DNA of 64,000 bases from Escherichia phage vB_EcoM-G157lw. The stretch lies in sequence record OK331996.1; one strand, given 5' to 3'. Position 1 is the stretch's first letter. Every line of letters starts with the position of its first letter. A program made the position numbers and the translations under genes. The notes beneath the pieces are model-generated. The model was not told the DNA's origin and searched no databases. It saw only the letters and a list, made by a program, of their open reading frames with translations. Shown in pieces: positions 39,343 to 50,260 of this stretch.

Positions 39343-39669
39343 ATGACTATTCAAATTAAAAACGCCATCAATTCTTACGCATATGATAAAGTAGTTTCTT
39401 TGCTAGAAAAAGGCGATATTGTAACTCCTCAAATTTTGGATAAATGGGAAAAAGAGCTTCATCAAACGATGAAACAGAATGATCAGAAGATTGGACGCAA
39501 TACTGTCCGTGAATTATTGGTTCAATATATCTTGTCAGAATTTGATGTTAAAGCTTTTGGTGTAGAATCTAAAGCTTATCAAAAGCATGAAATTTCCGAT
39601 AAAACTATTCGTCGCATGAAAAATCAACGCAAGAAAAAATTTGCAGACCTGAAAATTACTAAGGTATAA
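39343..39669 (+). CDS. hypothetical protein, 108 aa
   Basis: Track ORF with GAGGA RBS. Confidence 0.55.
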   Translation: MTIQIKNAINSYAYDKVVSLLEKGDIVTPQILDKWEKELHQTMKQNDQKIGRNTVRELLVQYILSEFDVKAFGVESKAYQKHEISDKTIRRMKNQRKKKFADLKITKV

Positions 39670-39671
39670 TT

Positions 39672-39887
39672 ATGAACGAAGCTCTTATTAACGATTTACG
39701 TCTTGCTGGATATGAAGTAAATACAAATGGCATTGGTTTAACTCAAATTGAAGGAAACGGATTCATCCTTGAGTATGAATTTAGCCAATGGTGGTTATAT
39801 GCCAATTATGGCGAATTGATTGAATATGTTGACCAATTTGATTCACTAGATGCAGCTCTTGGAGCGGCTAAGCTGATGAATGTATGA
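39672..39887 (+). CDS. hypothetical protein, 71 aa
   Basis: Track ORF. Confidence 0.5.
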   Translation: MNEALINDLRLAGYEVNTNGIGLTQIEGNGFILEYEFSQWWLYANYGELIEYVDQFDSLDAALGAAKLMNV

Positions 39888-40153
39888 AATTTATTAATAT
39901 TTCTATTACTATTGAAAATTATGGCATTTTCTATGTTGATCAATACATGAAAATTTCATTTTTCCCAAATAAGACTGGTGTTGGATATTGGGAAAGCCAT
40001 GTTTCTGAATTAAATGAAAGCGAATATGCTAGTACACATGAAAAGTTTTTAGACTTTTTATATCATGCTGATCTAACTAGTCATTATATAGATATTCATG
40101 AATTTAAAAAGATGATGGAGAAAGTGTTCCAAGCATACTGTTTACTTAGATAA
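39884..40153 (+). CDS. hypothetical protein, 89 aa
   Basis: ATGA overlap. Confidence 0.5.
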   Translation: MKFINISITIENYGIFYVDQYMKISFFPNKTGVGYWESHVSELNESEYASTHEKFLDFLYHADLTSHYIDIHEFKKMMEKVFQAYCLLR

Positions 40154-40231
40154 CTGATATCCTCTATGCTTTAAGATAGATCTTCAAATATTATGATATA
40201 ATAGATCTATGAATTGAGCTAAGAGGTGAAA

Positions 40232-40789
40232 ATGTCAGAAACTAAGCCTAAATATAATTACGTAAACAATAAAGAGCTTTTACAAGCTATTATTGATTGG
40301 AAAACAGAATTAGCAAATAATAAAGACCCAAATAAAGTAGTTCGTCAGAATGATACTATCGGATTAGCCATTATGCTTATTGCAGAAGGCTTATCTAAAC
40401 GTTTCAACTTTTCAGGATACACCCAGTCTTGGAAACAAGAAATGATTGCAGATGGTATAGAAGCTTCTATTAAGGGGCTTCACAATTTTGATGAAACGAA
40501 ATATAAAAACCCACATGCATATATAACTCAAGCTTGTTTTAATGCATTCGTCCAGCGTATTAAAAAAGAACGTAAGGAAGTTGCAAAGAAATATAGTTAC
40601 TTCGTTCACAATGTCTATGACAGCCGTGACGACGATATGGTTGCGTTAGTAGATGAAACTTTTATTCAAGACATCTACGATAAAATGACGCATTACGAAG
40701 AATCAACCTATAGAACACCGGGGGCTGAAAAGAAAAGTGTTGTAGACGATTCTCCTAGTTTGGATTTTTTATATGAGGCTAACGATTAA
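40232..40789 (+). CDS. 55: late-transcription sigma factor gp55, 185 aa
   Basis: [26 protein letters not shown] matches T4 gp55; ATG after AGAGGTG. Confidence 0.93.
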
Positions 40790-40991
40790 CCTCTCCGGAT
40801 TCTTGGAAGAAATACCTGAAGTTGAAGCTATTCCCTATTTACTTAAAATGTATCTCAGGGAAGTTTTAGCTCTTGACATTGATATTGATCCAGAAAATCC
40901 GTATGATACCGCTTTTAAATCTAATGGTGTAGAATTAAACTATCGGTATCATTTAACAGATGATGATTTTTATTTTATATTAGAGAAATAA
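40773..40991 (+). CDS. hypothetical protein, 72 aa
   Basis: Track ORF overlapping the gene 55 stop. Confidence 0.45.
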
Positions 40992-40992
40992 T

Positions 40993-41310
40993 ATGACTGA
41001 TAAACCCGAAATTAATGATGAAGTGGAAAAGCTTATTTCTTCTATTGAAGAAAAGAACCGTCTTGAAGCAGAAAGAAAAGCAAATAAGTTATTGTCTAAA
41101 AACAAACGCGAACTGAATCGTCTTTATAAGCATGCTCAGATCGCAGCTGAAAACAATAATTTTGCTCAATACGAATATGCTATCAAGAAAAGTCGGGATA
41201 TTCTAAAACAGCCATATAACGATGAACTCATCAGTATTCTTTGGAAGACTACTAGATCGCAGATTGAGGATATGATTGATGCTTACACACGTAAAATTCA
41301 AGCGTCTTAA
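40993..41310 (+). CDS. hypothetical coiled-coil protein, 105 aa
   Basis: Track ORF. Confidence 0.5.
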   Translation: MTDKPEINDEVEKLISSIEEKNRLEAERKANKLLSKNKRELNRLYKHAQIAAENNNFAQYEYAIKKSRDILKQPYNDELISILWKTTRSQIEDMIDAYTRKIQAS

Positions 41311-41658
41311 AATTAATGCAGGATTTACTGAATCTTTGAATGGTCATCTTTGCGTGAAAATTTCTGAAAAAGAATACCACGATAGTTCAATTAAAGAAGT
41401 TAATCCTCCTATTGTAAGAGCAGACCCTAATATGAAAGTGTGGGTTGATTCCTATCAAGTCAAAAAATGGTGGCAGCTGTGAAAGATGAACGCCCAGACT
41501 TGTGAAATAGATTATAATAAAATTCGTTCCTCTAAAGTAGAAATGATGAGACGCTTTAAAGAATCTCATGATAAAGCTAAAGCAGAAGGAACTATAACAT
41601 ATAAGCGTATAAAATTTAGAAGCTCTAATGAGCCTCTGTATGGTGTATTATGCGGATA

Positions 41659-41677
41659 GGAGCTTCGGCTCCTATAT
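41659..41677 (+). terminator. UUCG-tetraloop hairpin
   Basis: ggagcttcggctcc. Confidence 0.5.
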
Positions 41678-41725
41678 TGCTTTATAAATTTTTGGTAAAA
41701 TAAACCAAAACAATGAGGATATTAA

Positions 41726-42928
41726 ATGAAAGTATGCATTTTTATGGCTCGAGGTCTTGAAGGTTGTGGCGTAACTAAATTTTCTCTTGAGCAACGTGAT
41801 TGGTTTATTAAAAATGGTCATGAAGTAACTTTGGTTTATGCTAAAGATAAATCATTTACTCGTAATTGCGCGCATGATTATAAGTCATTTTCAATTCCGG
41901 TTTTATTGGCAAAAGAATACGATAAAACACTTAAGCTGGTAAATGATTGTGATATTCTAATTATCAATTCAGTTCCTGCTACTTCAGTCGAAGAAGACAC
42001 TATTAATAACTATAAAAAAATTATTGATAACATTAAACCTTCTGTTCGTGTTGTAGTTTATCAACATGACCATTCTTCTCTTTCTTTGCGCCGAAATTTG
42101 GGATTAGAAGAAACTGTTCGTCGAGCTGATGTTATTTTTAGCCATTCTGATAATGGTGATTTTAATAAAGTTTTGATGAAAGAATGGTATCCAGAAACCG
42201 TTTCTCTGTTTGATGATATTGAAGAAGCACCGACCGTATACAACTTTCAGCCTCCTATGGATATTGCGAAGGTTCGATCAACCTACTGGAAAGATGTTTC
42301 TGAAATTAACATGAATATCAACCGTTGGATTGGTCGCACGACTACATGGAAAGGTTTTTATCAGATGTTTGATTTTCATGAAAAACATCTTAAACCTGCA
42401 GGACTAAGTACTATTATGGAAGGTCTGGAACGTTCTCCAGCGTTCATTCCTATTAAAGAAAAAGGAATTCCATACGAGTATTATCGTCTTCATCAAGTAG
42501 ACCAAATTAAAATTGCTCCTAATTTGCCAACGCAAATTCTTGACCGTTATGTAAATAGCGAAATGCTTGAACGTATGAGTAAATCCGGTTTTGGTTATCA
42601 GTTGAGTAAGTTGGATAAAAAATATCTACAACGTTCTTTAGAATATACTCATCTCGAGCTTGGTGCATGTGGAACAATTCCGGTATTTTGGAAATCTACT
42701 GGCGAAAATTTAAAATTCCGTGTTGATAATACTCCGTTAATTTCTCATGATAGCGGTATCGTTTGGTTTGATGAAAATGACATGGAATCAACATTTGAAC
42801 GTATTAAAGAACTGTCATCTGACCGAGCTCTTTATGACCGCGAACGCGAAAAAGCTTATGAATTTTTGTATCAGCATCAAGATTCAAACTTCTGCTTTAA
42901 AGAACAGTTTGACATTATTACAAAATAA
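41726..42928 (+). CDS. a-gt: DNA alpha-glucosyltransferase, 400 aa
   Basis: Near-identical to recalled T4 alpha-gt (ICIFMARGLEGCGVTKFSLEQRDWFIKNGHEVTLVYAKDKSF...). Confidence 0.9.
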   Translation: MKVCIFMARGLEGCGVTKFSLEQRDWFIKNGHEVTLVYAKDKSFTRNCAHDYKSFSIPVLLAKEYDKTLKLVNDCDILIINSVPATSVEEDTINNYKKIIDNIKPSVRVVVYQHDHSSLSLRRNLGLEETVRRADVIFSHSDNGDFNKVLMKEWYPETVSLFDDIEEAPTVYNFQPPMDIAKVRSTYWKDVSEINMNINRWIGRTTTWKGFYQMFDFHEKHLKPAGLSTIMEGLERSPAFIPIKEKGIPYEYYRLHQVDQIKIAPNLPTQILDRYVNSEMLERMSKSGFGYQLSKLDKKYLQRSLEYTHLELGACGTIPVFWKSTGENLKFRVDNTPLISHDSGIVWFDENDMESTFERIKELSSDRALYDREREKAYEFLYQHQDSNFCFKEQFDIITK

Positions 42929-42948
42929 AGGGCTTCGGCCCTTTAGCT
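42929..42948 (+). terminator. UUCG-tetraloop hairpin
   Basis: agggcttcggccct. Confidence 0.55.
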
Positions 42949-43104
42949 TTATACGGAGTTTGATATAATGATATTTCTTGGATATGTGATACTTTTTCTT
43001 GCATTTTATCTATTCACTAGAGCATGTTGTGTTGGGTTCTTTAGCACACCAGATGGGTTTATTTCAATAATTTTATTTTGCATTTCAATGACGGTTCTTG
43101 ATAT

Positions 43105-43728
43105 ATGAAAAAATATATAACTTATTTAACAATATATAGTGGAGATAAACTTCCTCCTTTTTATATTGGATCTACGTCTTTAGATAGGCATTTAGCTGGA
43201 TATCATGGTTCAGTTTTATCTAAAAAGTATAAGAAAATTTATAATAAAGAGCTTTCAGATAATCCTCACTTATTTGATTCATGCATTTTAGCTGAATTTG
43301 ATACGCGTGAAGAAGCTATTAAATGCGAGTTATATTATCAACGATTGCATGATGCAGTTAAAAATCCATTATTCTTTAATATGTCATATGCTGCTCCAAA
43401 AGGTTCATTTGGAAGAGATAATAAAGGACAAAATCATCCATTATATGGTTCTCATAATTGTAAAGGAAATATACATTCACATGATCCATTAACAGGAAAA
43501 TCTGCCTTTTTGCCTTATATTCCAGAAGGTTATGTAAAAGGAAGGTCAAATAAATTTAAAGCTTCATCACATAATAAAGGTAAAAAATGGTATAATAACG
43601 GAGTTAAGCAAATGTTATGTCATGAACCTCCTGGTCCTGAATGGACAAAAGGAAAAATTAAAGAACTGGTTTCAAAAGCAGCTAAATTAGGATGGAAAAG
43701 ACACCATGAAAATACTAAACTTGGGTGA
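43105..43728 (+). mobile_element. free-standing GIY-YIG homing endonuclease gene (seg-like), 207 aa
   Basis: GIY-YIG-like YITYLTIYSGDKLPPFYIGSTS; basic C-terminal half; 3-prime end overlaps the start of gene 47. Confidence 0.6.
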
Positions 43729-44725
43729 TTGGCATTTAGGCGTTAAAGCTGATGATGAGTGGATTCGCGGTATTCAAATTGATGGAATTAAGCAAGCGAT
43801 AGAATATTCTAAGAAAAATGGAATTACTGTATGGATTCAATACGGTGATATTTTTGATGTGCGAAAAGCGATCACGCATAAAACTATGGAGTTTGCCCGT
43901 GAAATAGTTCAAATGCTTGATGGTGCTGGAATCACATTACATACTATTGTAGGAAATCACGATCTTCACTACAAAAATGTAATGCATCCAAATGCCTCTA
44001 CTGAGCTTTTGGCTAAATATCCTAATGTTAAAGTATATGATAAGCCTACTACAGTAGATTTTGACGGATGTTTGATTGATTTAATTCCTTGGATGTGTGA
44101 AGAAAATACTGGTGAAATTCTTGAACACATCAAAACTTCATCTGCTTCTTTTTGTGTTGGTCACTGGGAGCTGAATGGATTTTATTTTTATAAAGGAATG
44201 AAATCTCATGGTCTTGAACCTGATTTCCTTAAGACTTATAAAGAGGTGTGGTCTGGTCACTTCCATACTATCTCTGAGGCTGCTAACGTCAGATATATTG
44301 GGACACCATGGACACTAACTGCAGGTGACGAGAATGACCCTCGTGGGTTCTGGATGTTTGATACAGAAACAGAACGAATGGAATTTATTCCAAACAACAC
44401 TACCTGGCATCGTAGAATTCATTATCCATTTAAAGGAAAAATTGACTATAAAGATTTTACAAATCTATCAGTACGTGTTATAGTAACTGAGGTAGACAAA
44501 AATCTGACGAAGTTCGAATCTGAACTAGAAAAAGTTGTGCATTCATTACGAGTTGTGTCAAAAATTGATAACTCTGTCGAGTCAGATGACAGTGAAGAAG
44601 TTGAAGTTCAATCTCTTCAGACGTTAATGGAAGAATACATTAATGCAATTCCAGACATCACTGATTCTGACCGTGAAGCACTTATTCAATATGCGAATCA
44701 GCTATATGTAGAGGCAACACAATGA
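43706..44725 (+). CDS. 47: recombination endonuclease subunit gp47 (Mre11-like), 339 aa
   Basis: Phosphoesterase motifs LNLGDWHLG, GNHD; size matches T4 gp47. Confidence 0.9.
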   Translation: MKILNLGDWHLGVKADDEWIRGIQIDGIKQAIEYSKKNGITVWIQYGDIFDVRKAITHKTMEFAREIVQMLDGAGITLHTIVGNHDLHYKNVMHPNASTELLAKYPNVKVYDKPTTVDFDGCLIDLIPWMCEENTGEILEHIKTSSASFCVGHWELNGFYFYKGMKSHGLEPDFLKTYKEVWSGHFHTISEAANVRYIGTPWTLTAGDENDPRGFWMFDTETERMEFIPNNTTWHRRIHYPFKGKIDYKDFTNLSVRVIVTEVDKNLTKFESELEKVVHSLRVVSKIDNSVESDDSEEVEVQSLQTLMEEYINAIPDITDSDREALIQYANQLYVEATQ

Positions 44726-44985
44726 CTTTTGATGAATTTAAAAATGTTATGATGAGTCAGCATTTTGAATGCGAAGTAAAAGATGATATTGGGCATAAAG
44801 AAATTATTGAATATTGGTTTGAACCGTTAGAGGTTGAAGATAATTGTATTAAAAAGGTTACGGTATGCACTGATTGGGCCGTATCTTTTAACTTCAACAT
44901 TTTAGATAATGATACACCTAAATCATTACAAGATATGGCTGTATCTTGTATTAAGGATGCATACTGTGAAGTTTTCGACATTTGA
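44722..44985 (+). CDS. hypothetical protein, 87 aa
   Basis: ATGA overlap with gene 47. Confidence 0.5.
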   Translation: MTFDEFKNVMMSQHFECEVKDDIGHKEIIEYWFEPLEVEDNCIKKVTVCTDWAVSFNFNILDNDTPKSLQDMAVSCIKDAYCEVFDI

Positions 44986-45168
44986 CATTAATGATGAATT
45001 CATAGCAAATATTGATTATACCGAAGAAGATTCTAGATATGTTGGAATAATTTATATCACATCAAAAGTAGCACAAGGTGTTGTTTGCATGGCTGAATTT
45101 GATGAATACTTTTTAGATTATGATGATATGATAGAATGGTCTAAAAGATACATTAAAAGGAATCTTTT

Positions 45169-46851
45169 GTGAAGAATTTTAAACTAAACCGAGTTAGGTA
45201 TCAAAATATAATGTCAGTAGGTGGAAATCCTATTGACATTCAATTAGATAGGGTTCAAAAAACTCTTATTACTGGCCGAAATGGCGGTGGTAAGTCTACT
45301 ATGTTAGAAGCCATCACATTTGGGCTTTTTGGCAAGCCATTTCGTGATGTAAAGAAAGGTCAATTAATAAACAGCACAAATAAGAAAGAACTTTTAGTTG
45401 AACTGTGGATGGAATATGATGAGAAAAAGTATTATATCAAAAGAGGACAAAAACCAAACGTTTTCGAAATCACCGTTAACGGTACACGTCTTAATGAATC
45501 TGCCAGCAGTAAAGATTTCCAAGCAGAATTTGAACAGCTTATCGGAATGTCATATGCCAGTTTCAAGCAGATTGTTGTCCTTGGTACAGCAGGGTATACC
45601 CCTTTCATGGGTTTGTCGACCCCTGCGCGAAGAAAGCTTGTGGAAGACCTGCTTGAGGTAGGAACATTAGCTGAAATGGATAAGCTTAATAAAGCACTAA
45701 TACGTGAATTAAATTCACAAAACCAAGTGCTTGATGTTAAAAAAGATAGTATTATCCAACAAATTAAAATATATAATGATAACGTTGAACGCCAGAAAAA
45801 ATTAACGGGTGACAACCTTACTCGTCTTCAAAATATGTATGATGATTTGGCAAAAGAAGCTAGAACGCTAAAATCGGAAATAGAAGAAGCTAATGAAAGA
45901 TTAGTTAATATTGTTTTAGATGAAGACCCGACTGATGCATTTAATAAAATCGGTCAAGAAGCAGTTTTAATTAAATCAAAAATTGACTCGTATAATAAAG
46001 TCATTAATATGTATCACGAAGGTGGATTATGCCCAACCTGCTTGTCACAATTAAGTTCAGGTGATAAAGTTGTTTCTAAAATTAAAGATAAAGTTTCTGA
46101 ATGTACGCATTCGTTTGAACAGCTTTCAACACATCGTGATAATTTAAAAGTTCTTGTTGATGAATACCGAGATAATATTAAAACCCAGCAGTCGTTGGCA
46201 AATGATATTCGCAATAAAAAGCAATCTCTGATCGCAGCAGTAGATAAAGCTAAAAAGGTTAAAGCGGCTATAGAAAAAGCATCTTCTGAGTTTATTGACC
46301 ATGCTGATGAAATAGCACTGCTTCAAGAAGAACTTGATAAAATTGTTAAGACAAAAACTAATTTAGTAATGGAAAAATACCACCGAGGAATTTTGACTGA
46401 TATGCTCAAAGATTCTGGTATTAAAGGTGCTATTATTAAAAAGTACATTCCATTATTTAATAAGCAGATTAACCATTATCTTAAAATAATGGAAGCGGAT
46501 TATGTGTTTACATTAGATGAAGAATTTAATGAGACAATTAAATCACGTGGTCGTGAAGATTTTAGTTATGCTTCATTCAGTCAAGGTGAAAAAGCGCGAA
46601 TTGATATTGCTCTTTTATTTACTTGGCGTGATATTGCTGAAAAAGTTTCAGGCGTTAAAATAAACACACTAATTCTTGATGAAGTTTTTGATTCAGCGAC
46701 CGACGTTGAAGGTGTAAAAGCTATTTCAACTATTTTAGATAGTTTAAAAAATACTAATGTTTTTGTTATTTCGCATAGAGACCATGACCCGCAAGCATAC
46801 GGTCAGCATCTTCAAATGAAGAAAGTTGGTCGATTTACTGTAATGGTTTAA
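45169..46851 (+). CDS. 46: recombination endonuclease subunit gp46 (Rad50/SbcC-like), 560 aa
   Basis: Walker A GRNGGGKST, zinc hook CPTC, Walker B LILDEV; GTG start. Confidence 0.92.
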   Translation: MKNFKLNRVRYQNIMSVGGNPIDIQLDRVQKTLITGRNGGGKSTMLEAITFGLFGKPFRDVKKGQLINSTNKKELLVELWMEYDEKKYYIKRGQKPNVFEITVNGTRLNESASSKDFQAEFEQLIGMSYASFKQIVVLGTAGYTPFMGLSTPARRKLVEDLLEVGTLAEMDKLNKALIRELNSQNQVLDVKKDSIIQQIKIYNDNVERQKKLTGDNLTRLQNMYDDLAKEARTLKSEIEEANERLVNIVLDEDPTDAFNKIGQEAVLIKSKIDSYNKVINMYHEGGLCPTCLSQLSSGDKVVSKIKDKVSECTHSFEQLSTHRDNLKVLVDEYRDNIKTQQSLANDIRNKKQSLIAAVDKAKKVKAAIEKASSEFIDHADEIALLQEELDKIVKTKTNLVMEKYHRGILTDMLKDSGIKGAIIKKYIPLFNKQINHYLKIMEADYVFTLDEEFNETIKSRGREDFSYASFSQGEKARIDIALLFTWRDIAEKVSGVKINTLILDEVFDSATDVEGVKAISTILDSLKNTNVFVISHRDHDPQAYGQHLQMKKVGRFTVMV

Positions 46852-46906
46852 TTTATAAGAGATTATGCTTTAATTTATTAGAGTATAATCTCTATGGAGG
46901 AAAAAC

Positions 46907-47095
46907 ATGGAATATTCAACTGGACAGCATCTATTAACTATTCCTGAAATAAAACGATATATTCTGAGAAATAATTTTTCTAATGAAGAGCATATAGTTA
47001 CTGAATCTATGCTTAGGAATGCATTTAAAGCAGAATATACAAAAATAATGTCCAATAGAAATGAAGCTTGGACTGTTACTGATTATTATGACTAA
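46907..47095 (+). CDS. hypothetical protein (45.2 position), 62 aa
   Basis: Track ORF with GGAGG RBS. Confidence 0.5.
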   Translation: MEYSTGQHLLTIPEIKRYILRNNFSNEEHIVTESMLRNAFKAEYTKIMSNRNEAWTVTDYYD

Positions 47096-47104
47096 AGGTG
47101 TATT

Positions 47105-47494
47105 ATGACTAAAATTACTGTGAATTATACTGTTGATGTAAAAGATATTCAGCCAAAACACGTGCGTTCTGACTCAAATCCGCAAAACCAAAATAAAATT
47201 CGTCGCGCATGGGTTTTGTCTCTTTCTGATAACGCAATGGAAGTTATTCAGAACAAAATTAAATCTGCACCTGCTCGTCATGCATATTATGAAGCTATCG
47301 ATCGTGAAGTAAGTAATAAATGGATTGAACTAATGCGCAAACATACGACAGAATCTCTAAATGCTGGTGCTAAATTTATTATGACTTCATGCGGTGAACG
47401 CCTTGAAGATGATTATTGCGGTAATGCAGATGAACGTCTAATTGTTGCTGCTCAAATTGTTGCGGAAACAATTGCTGCTGATTTTAATCGTTAA
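47105..47494 (+). CDS. rpbA: RNA polymerase binding protein RpbA-like, 129 aa
   Basis: Size and position between 46 and 45 as in T4. Confidence 0.7.
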   Translation: MTKITVNYTVDVKDIQPKHVRSDSNPQNQNKIRRAWVLSLSDNAMEVIQNKIKSAPARHAYYEAIDREVSNKWIELMRKHTTESLNAGAKFIMTSCGERLEDDYCGNADERLIVAAQIVAETIAADFNR

Positions 47495-47525
47495 TTGCTT
47501 TATTAAATTAGTTATAAAATTAAAT
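47490..47525 (+). promoter_or_regulatory. candidate T4 middle promoter (MotA box TGCTTtA) for gene 45
   Basis: ttaatTGCTTTAttaaattagttataaaat about 30 nt upstream of gene 45. Confidence 0.45.
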
Positions 47526-47549
47526 CTCATTTGAATTGAAGGAAATTAC

Positions 47550-48236
47550 ATGAAACTGTCTAAAGATACTACTGCTCTGCTTAAAAATTTCGCTACTATT
47601 AACTCTGGTATTATGCTTAAATCCGGTCAATTTATTATGACTCGTGCAGTTAATGGTACAACTTATGCGGAAGCAAATATTTCTGACACTATTGATTTTG
47701 ATGTAGCAATTTACGATTTGAATGGTTTTCTCGGTATTCTGTCTTTAGTTAATGATGATGCAGAAATTTCCCAGTCAGAAGATGGAAATATTAAAATTGC
47801 TGATGCCCGTTCAACAATTTTTTGGCCAGCAGCCGATCCGAGTACAGTAGTTGCTCCTAATAAACCAATTCCATTCCCAGTAGCATCTGTTGTTACTGAA
47901 ATTAAAGCTGAAGACCTTCAACAGCTGTTGCGTGTATCTCGTGGTCTGCAGATTGATACAATTGCTATCACGGTAAAAGAAGGTAAAATCGTAATTAACG
48001 GTTTTAATAAAGTAGAAGATTCTGCTCTGACCCGTGTTAAATATTCTTTGACTCTTGGTGATTATGATGGTGAAAATACATTTAATTTCATTATCAATAT
48101 GGCAAATATGAAAATGCAACCAGGAAATTATAAACTTCTGCTCTGGGCAAAAGGTAAACAAGGTGCTGCTAAATTTGAAGGTGAACACGCGAATTATGTA
48201 GTAGCTCTTGAAGCTGATTCTACCCACGATTTTTAA
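47550..48236 (+). CDS. 45: sliding clamp gp45, 228 aa
   Basis: MKLSKDTTALLKNFATINSGIMLKSGQFIMTRAV matches T4 gp45. Confidence 0.95.
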   Translation: MKLSKDTTALLKNFATINSGIMLKSGQFIMTRAVNGTTYAEANISDTIDFDVAIYDLNGFLGILSLVNDDAEISQSEDGNIKIADARSTIFWPAADPSTVVAPNKPIPFPVASVVTEIKAEDLQQLLRVSRGLQIDTIAITVKEGKIVINGFNKVEDSALTRVKYSLTLGDYDGENTFNFIINMANMKMQPGNYKLLLWAKGKQGAAKFEGEHANYVVALEADSTHDF

Positions 48237-48238
48237 TA

Positions 48239-48260
48239 GAGGGCTTCGGCCCTTTATAAT
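48239..48260 (+). terminator. UUCG-tetraloop intrinsic terminator
   Basis: agagggcttcggccctt. Confidence 0.6.
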
Positions 48261-48287
48261 TTACACTAAAACTTGAATGAGGAAATT

Positions 48288-49247
48288 ATGATTACCGTAA
48301 ATGAAAAAGAACACATTCTTGAACAGAAATATCGTCCATCTACTATCGATGAATGTATTCTTCCCGCCTTTGATAAAGAAACCTTTAAATCTATTACAAG
48401 TAAAGGTAAGATTCCACATATTATTCTTCATTCTCCTTCTCCAGGAACAGGTAAAACAACTGTAGCAAAAGCATTGTGTCATGATGTAAATGCTGATATG
48501 ATGTTTGTGAATGGATCAGATTGTAAAATTGATTTCGTTCGCGGTCCTTTGACTAATTTTGCCAGCGCCGCTTCATTTGACGGTCGTCAAAAAGTAATCG
48601 TTATTGATGAATTTGACCGTTCAGGATTAGCAGAGTCTCAGCGACATCTTCGTTCCTTTATGGAAGCTTATAGTTCGAACTGTAGTATTATTATTACTGC
48701 TAACAATATTGATGGTATTATTAAACCGCTTCAGTCACGCTGCCGAGTTATCACATTCGGTCAACCGACCGATGAAGATAAAATTGAAATGATGAAGCAG
48801 ATGATTCGTCGATTGACTGAAATCTGTAAGCATGAAGGAATTGCTATAGCTGATATGAAAGTTGTAGCAGCTTTGGTTAAAAAGAATTTTCCTGATTTTC
48901 GTAAAACTATTGGCGAGCTCGATAGTTATTCATCTAAAGGTGTTTTGGATGCTGGTATTTTATCACTGGTTACTAACGATCGTGGTGCTATTGATGATGT
49001 TCTTGAGTCTCTCAAAAATAAAGATGTTAAACAACTCAGAGCTTTAGCACCAAAATATGCAGCCGATTATTCGTGGTTCGTGGGTAAACTTGCCGAAGAA
49101 ATCTATTCACGTGTAACTCCACAGAGTATTATTCGTATGTACGAAATTGTCGGCGAAAATAATCAGTATCATGGTATTGCAGCTAATACTGAATTGCATC
49201 TAGTTTATCTTTTCATTCAGTTAGCATGTGAAATGCAGTGGAAGTGA
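48288..49247 (+). CDS. 44: clamp loader large subunit gp44, 319 aa
   Basis: [22 protein letters not shown]..., Walker [11 protein letters not shown]. Confidence 0.95.
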   Translation: MITVNEKEHILEQKYRPSTIDECILPAFDKETFKSITSKGKIPHIILHSPSPGTGKTTVAKALCHDVNADMMFVNGSDCKIDFVRGPLTNFASAASFDGRQKVIVIDEFDRSGLAESQRHLRSFMEAYSSNCSIIITANNIDGIIKPLQSRCRVITFGQPTDEDKIEMMKQMIRRLTEICKHEGIAIADMKVVAALVKKNFPDFRKTIGELDSYSSKGVLDAGILSLVTNDRGAIDDVLESLKNKDVKQLRALAPKYAADYSWFVGKLAEEIYSRVTPQSIIRMYEIVGENNQYHGIAANTELHLVYLFIQLACEMQWK

Positions 49248-49248
49248 T

Positions 49249-49812
49249 ATGAGCTTATTTGAAGATGATATTCAATTAAACGAGCATCAAGTTGCTTGGT
49301 ATTCAAAAGATTGGACAGCTGTCCAATCCGCTGCTGATTCTTTTAAAGAAAAAGCTGAAAATGAATTTTTTGAAATAATTGGAGCTATTAATAATAAAAC
49401 TAAATGCTCTATTGCTCAAAAAGATTATTCAAAATTCATGGTTGAAAATGCATTATCACAATTTCCAGAGTGCATGCCAGCTGTATATGCTATGAATTTA
49501 ATTGGATCAGGCTTAAGCGATGAAGCTCATTTTAATTATCTAATGGCTGCAGTTCCTCGTGGTAAAAGATATGGTAAATGGGCAAAACTAGTTGAAGATT
49601 CCACCGAAGTATTGATTATTAAGTTACTTGCTAAGCGGTATCAAGTTAACACAAATGATGCAATTAACTATAAATCAATTCTTACTAAAAATGGAAAACT
49701 TCCTTTAGTATTAAAAGAACTAAAAGGTTTAGTCACGGATGATTTTTTGAAAGAAGTGACTAAGAACGTAAAAGAACAGAAACAACTCAAAAAACTAGCA
49801 TTGGAATGGTAA
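49249..49812 (+). CDS. 62: clamp loader small subunit gp62, 187 aa
   Basis: ATG one nt after the gene 44 stop; size matches T4 gp62. Confidence 0.88.
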   Translation: MSLFEDDIQLNEHQVAWYSKDWTAVQSAADSFKEKAENEFFEIIGAINNKTKCSIAQKDYSKFMVENALSQFPECMPAVYAMNLIGSGLSDEAHFNYLMAAVPRGKRYGKWAKLVEDSTEVLIIKLLAKRYQVNTNDAINYKSILTKNGKLPLVLKELKGLVTDDFLKEVTKNVKEQKQLKKLALEW

Positions 49813-49813
49813 A

Positions 49814-50182
49814 ATGATTGAAATTACTCTTAAAAAACCTGAAGATTTTCTGAAAGTAAAAGAAACTTTGACTCGTATGGGAATTGCTAATAATAAAGAT
49901 AAAGTTCTGTATCAGTCCTGTCATATTCTTCAGAAAAAAGGACTATACTATATCGTTCATTTTAAAGAAATGCTTCGTATGGATGGTCGCCAAGTTGAAA
50001 TGACAGAAGAAGATGAAGTTCGTCGTGATTCGATTGCATGGCTGTTAGAAGATTGGGGACTAATTGAAATCGTTCCTGGACAAAGAACTTTTATGAAAGA
50101 TTTAACTAATAACTTCCGAGTTATTTCTTTTAAACAAAAGCACGAATGGAAACTCGTTCCTAAATATACGATTGGTAATTAA
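49814..50182 (+). CDS. regA: translational repressor RegA, 122 aa
   Basis: Size and position between 62 and 43. Confidence 0.85.
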   Translation: MIEITLKKPEDFLKVKETLTRMGIANNKDKVLYQSCHILQKKGLYYIVHFKEMLRMDGRQVEMTEEDEVRRDSIAWLLEDWGLIEIVPGQRTFMKDLTNNFRVISFKQKHEWKLVPKYTIGN

Positions 50183-50186
50183 GCAA

Positions 50187-50206
50187 GGGGCTTCGGCCCC
50201 TTATTT
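50187..50206 (+). terminator. UUCG-tetraloop hairpin
   Basis: ggggcttcggcccc followed by ttattt. Confidence 0.55.
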
Positions 50207-50260
50207 GGAGTATAATATATCAAGAGCCTAATAACTCGGGCTATAAACTAAGGAATATCT

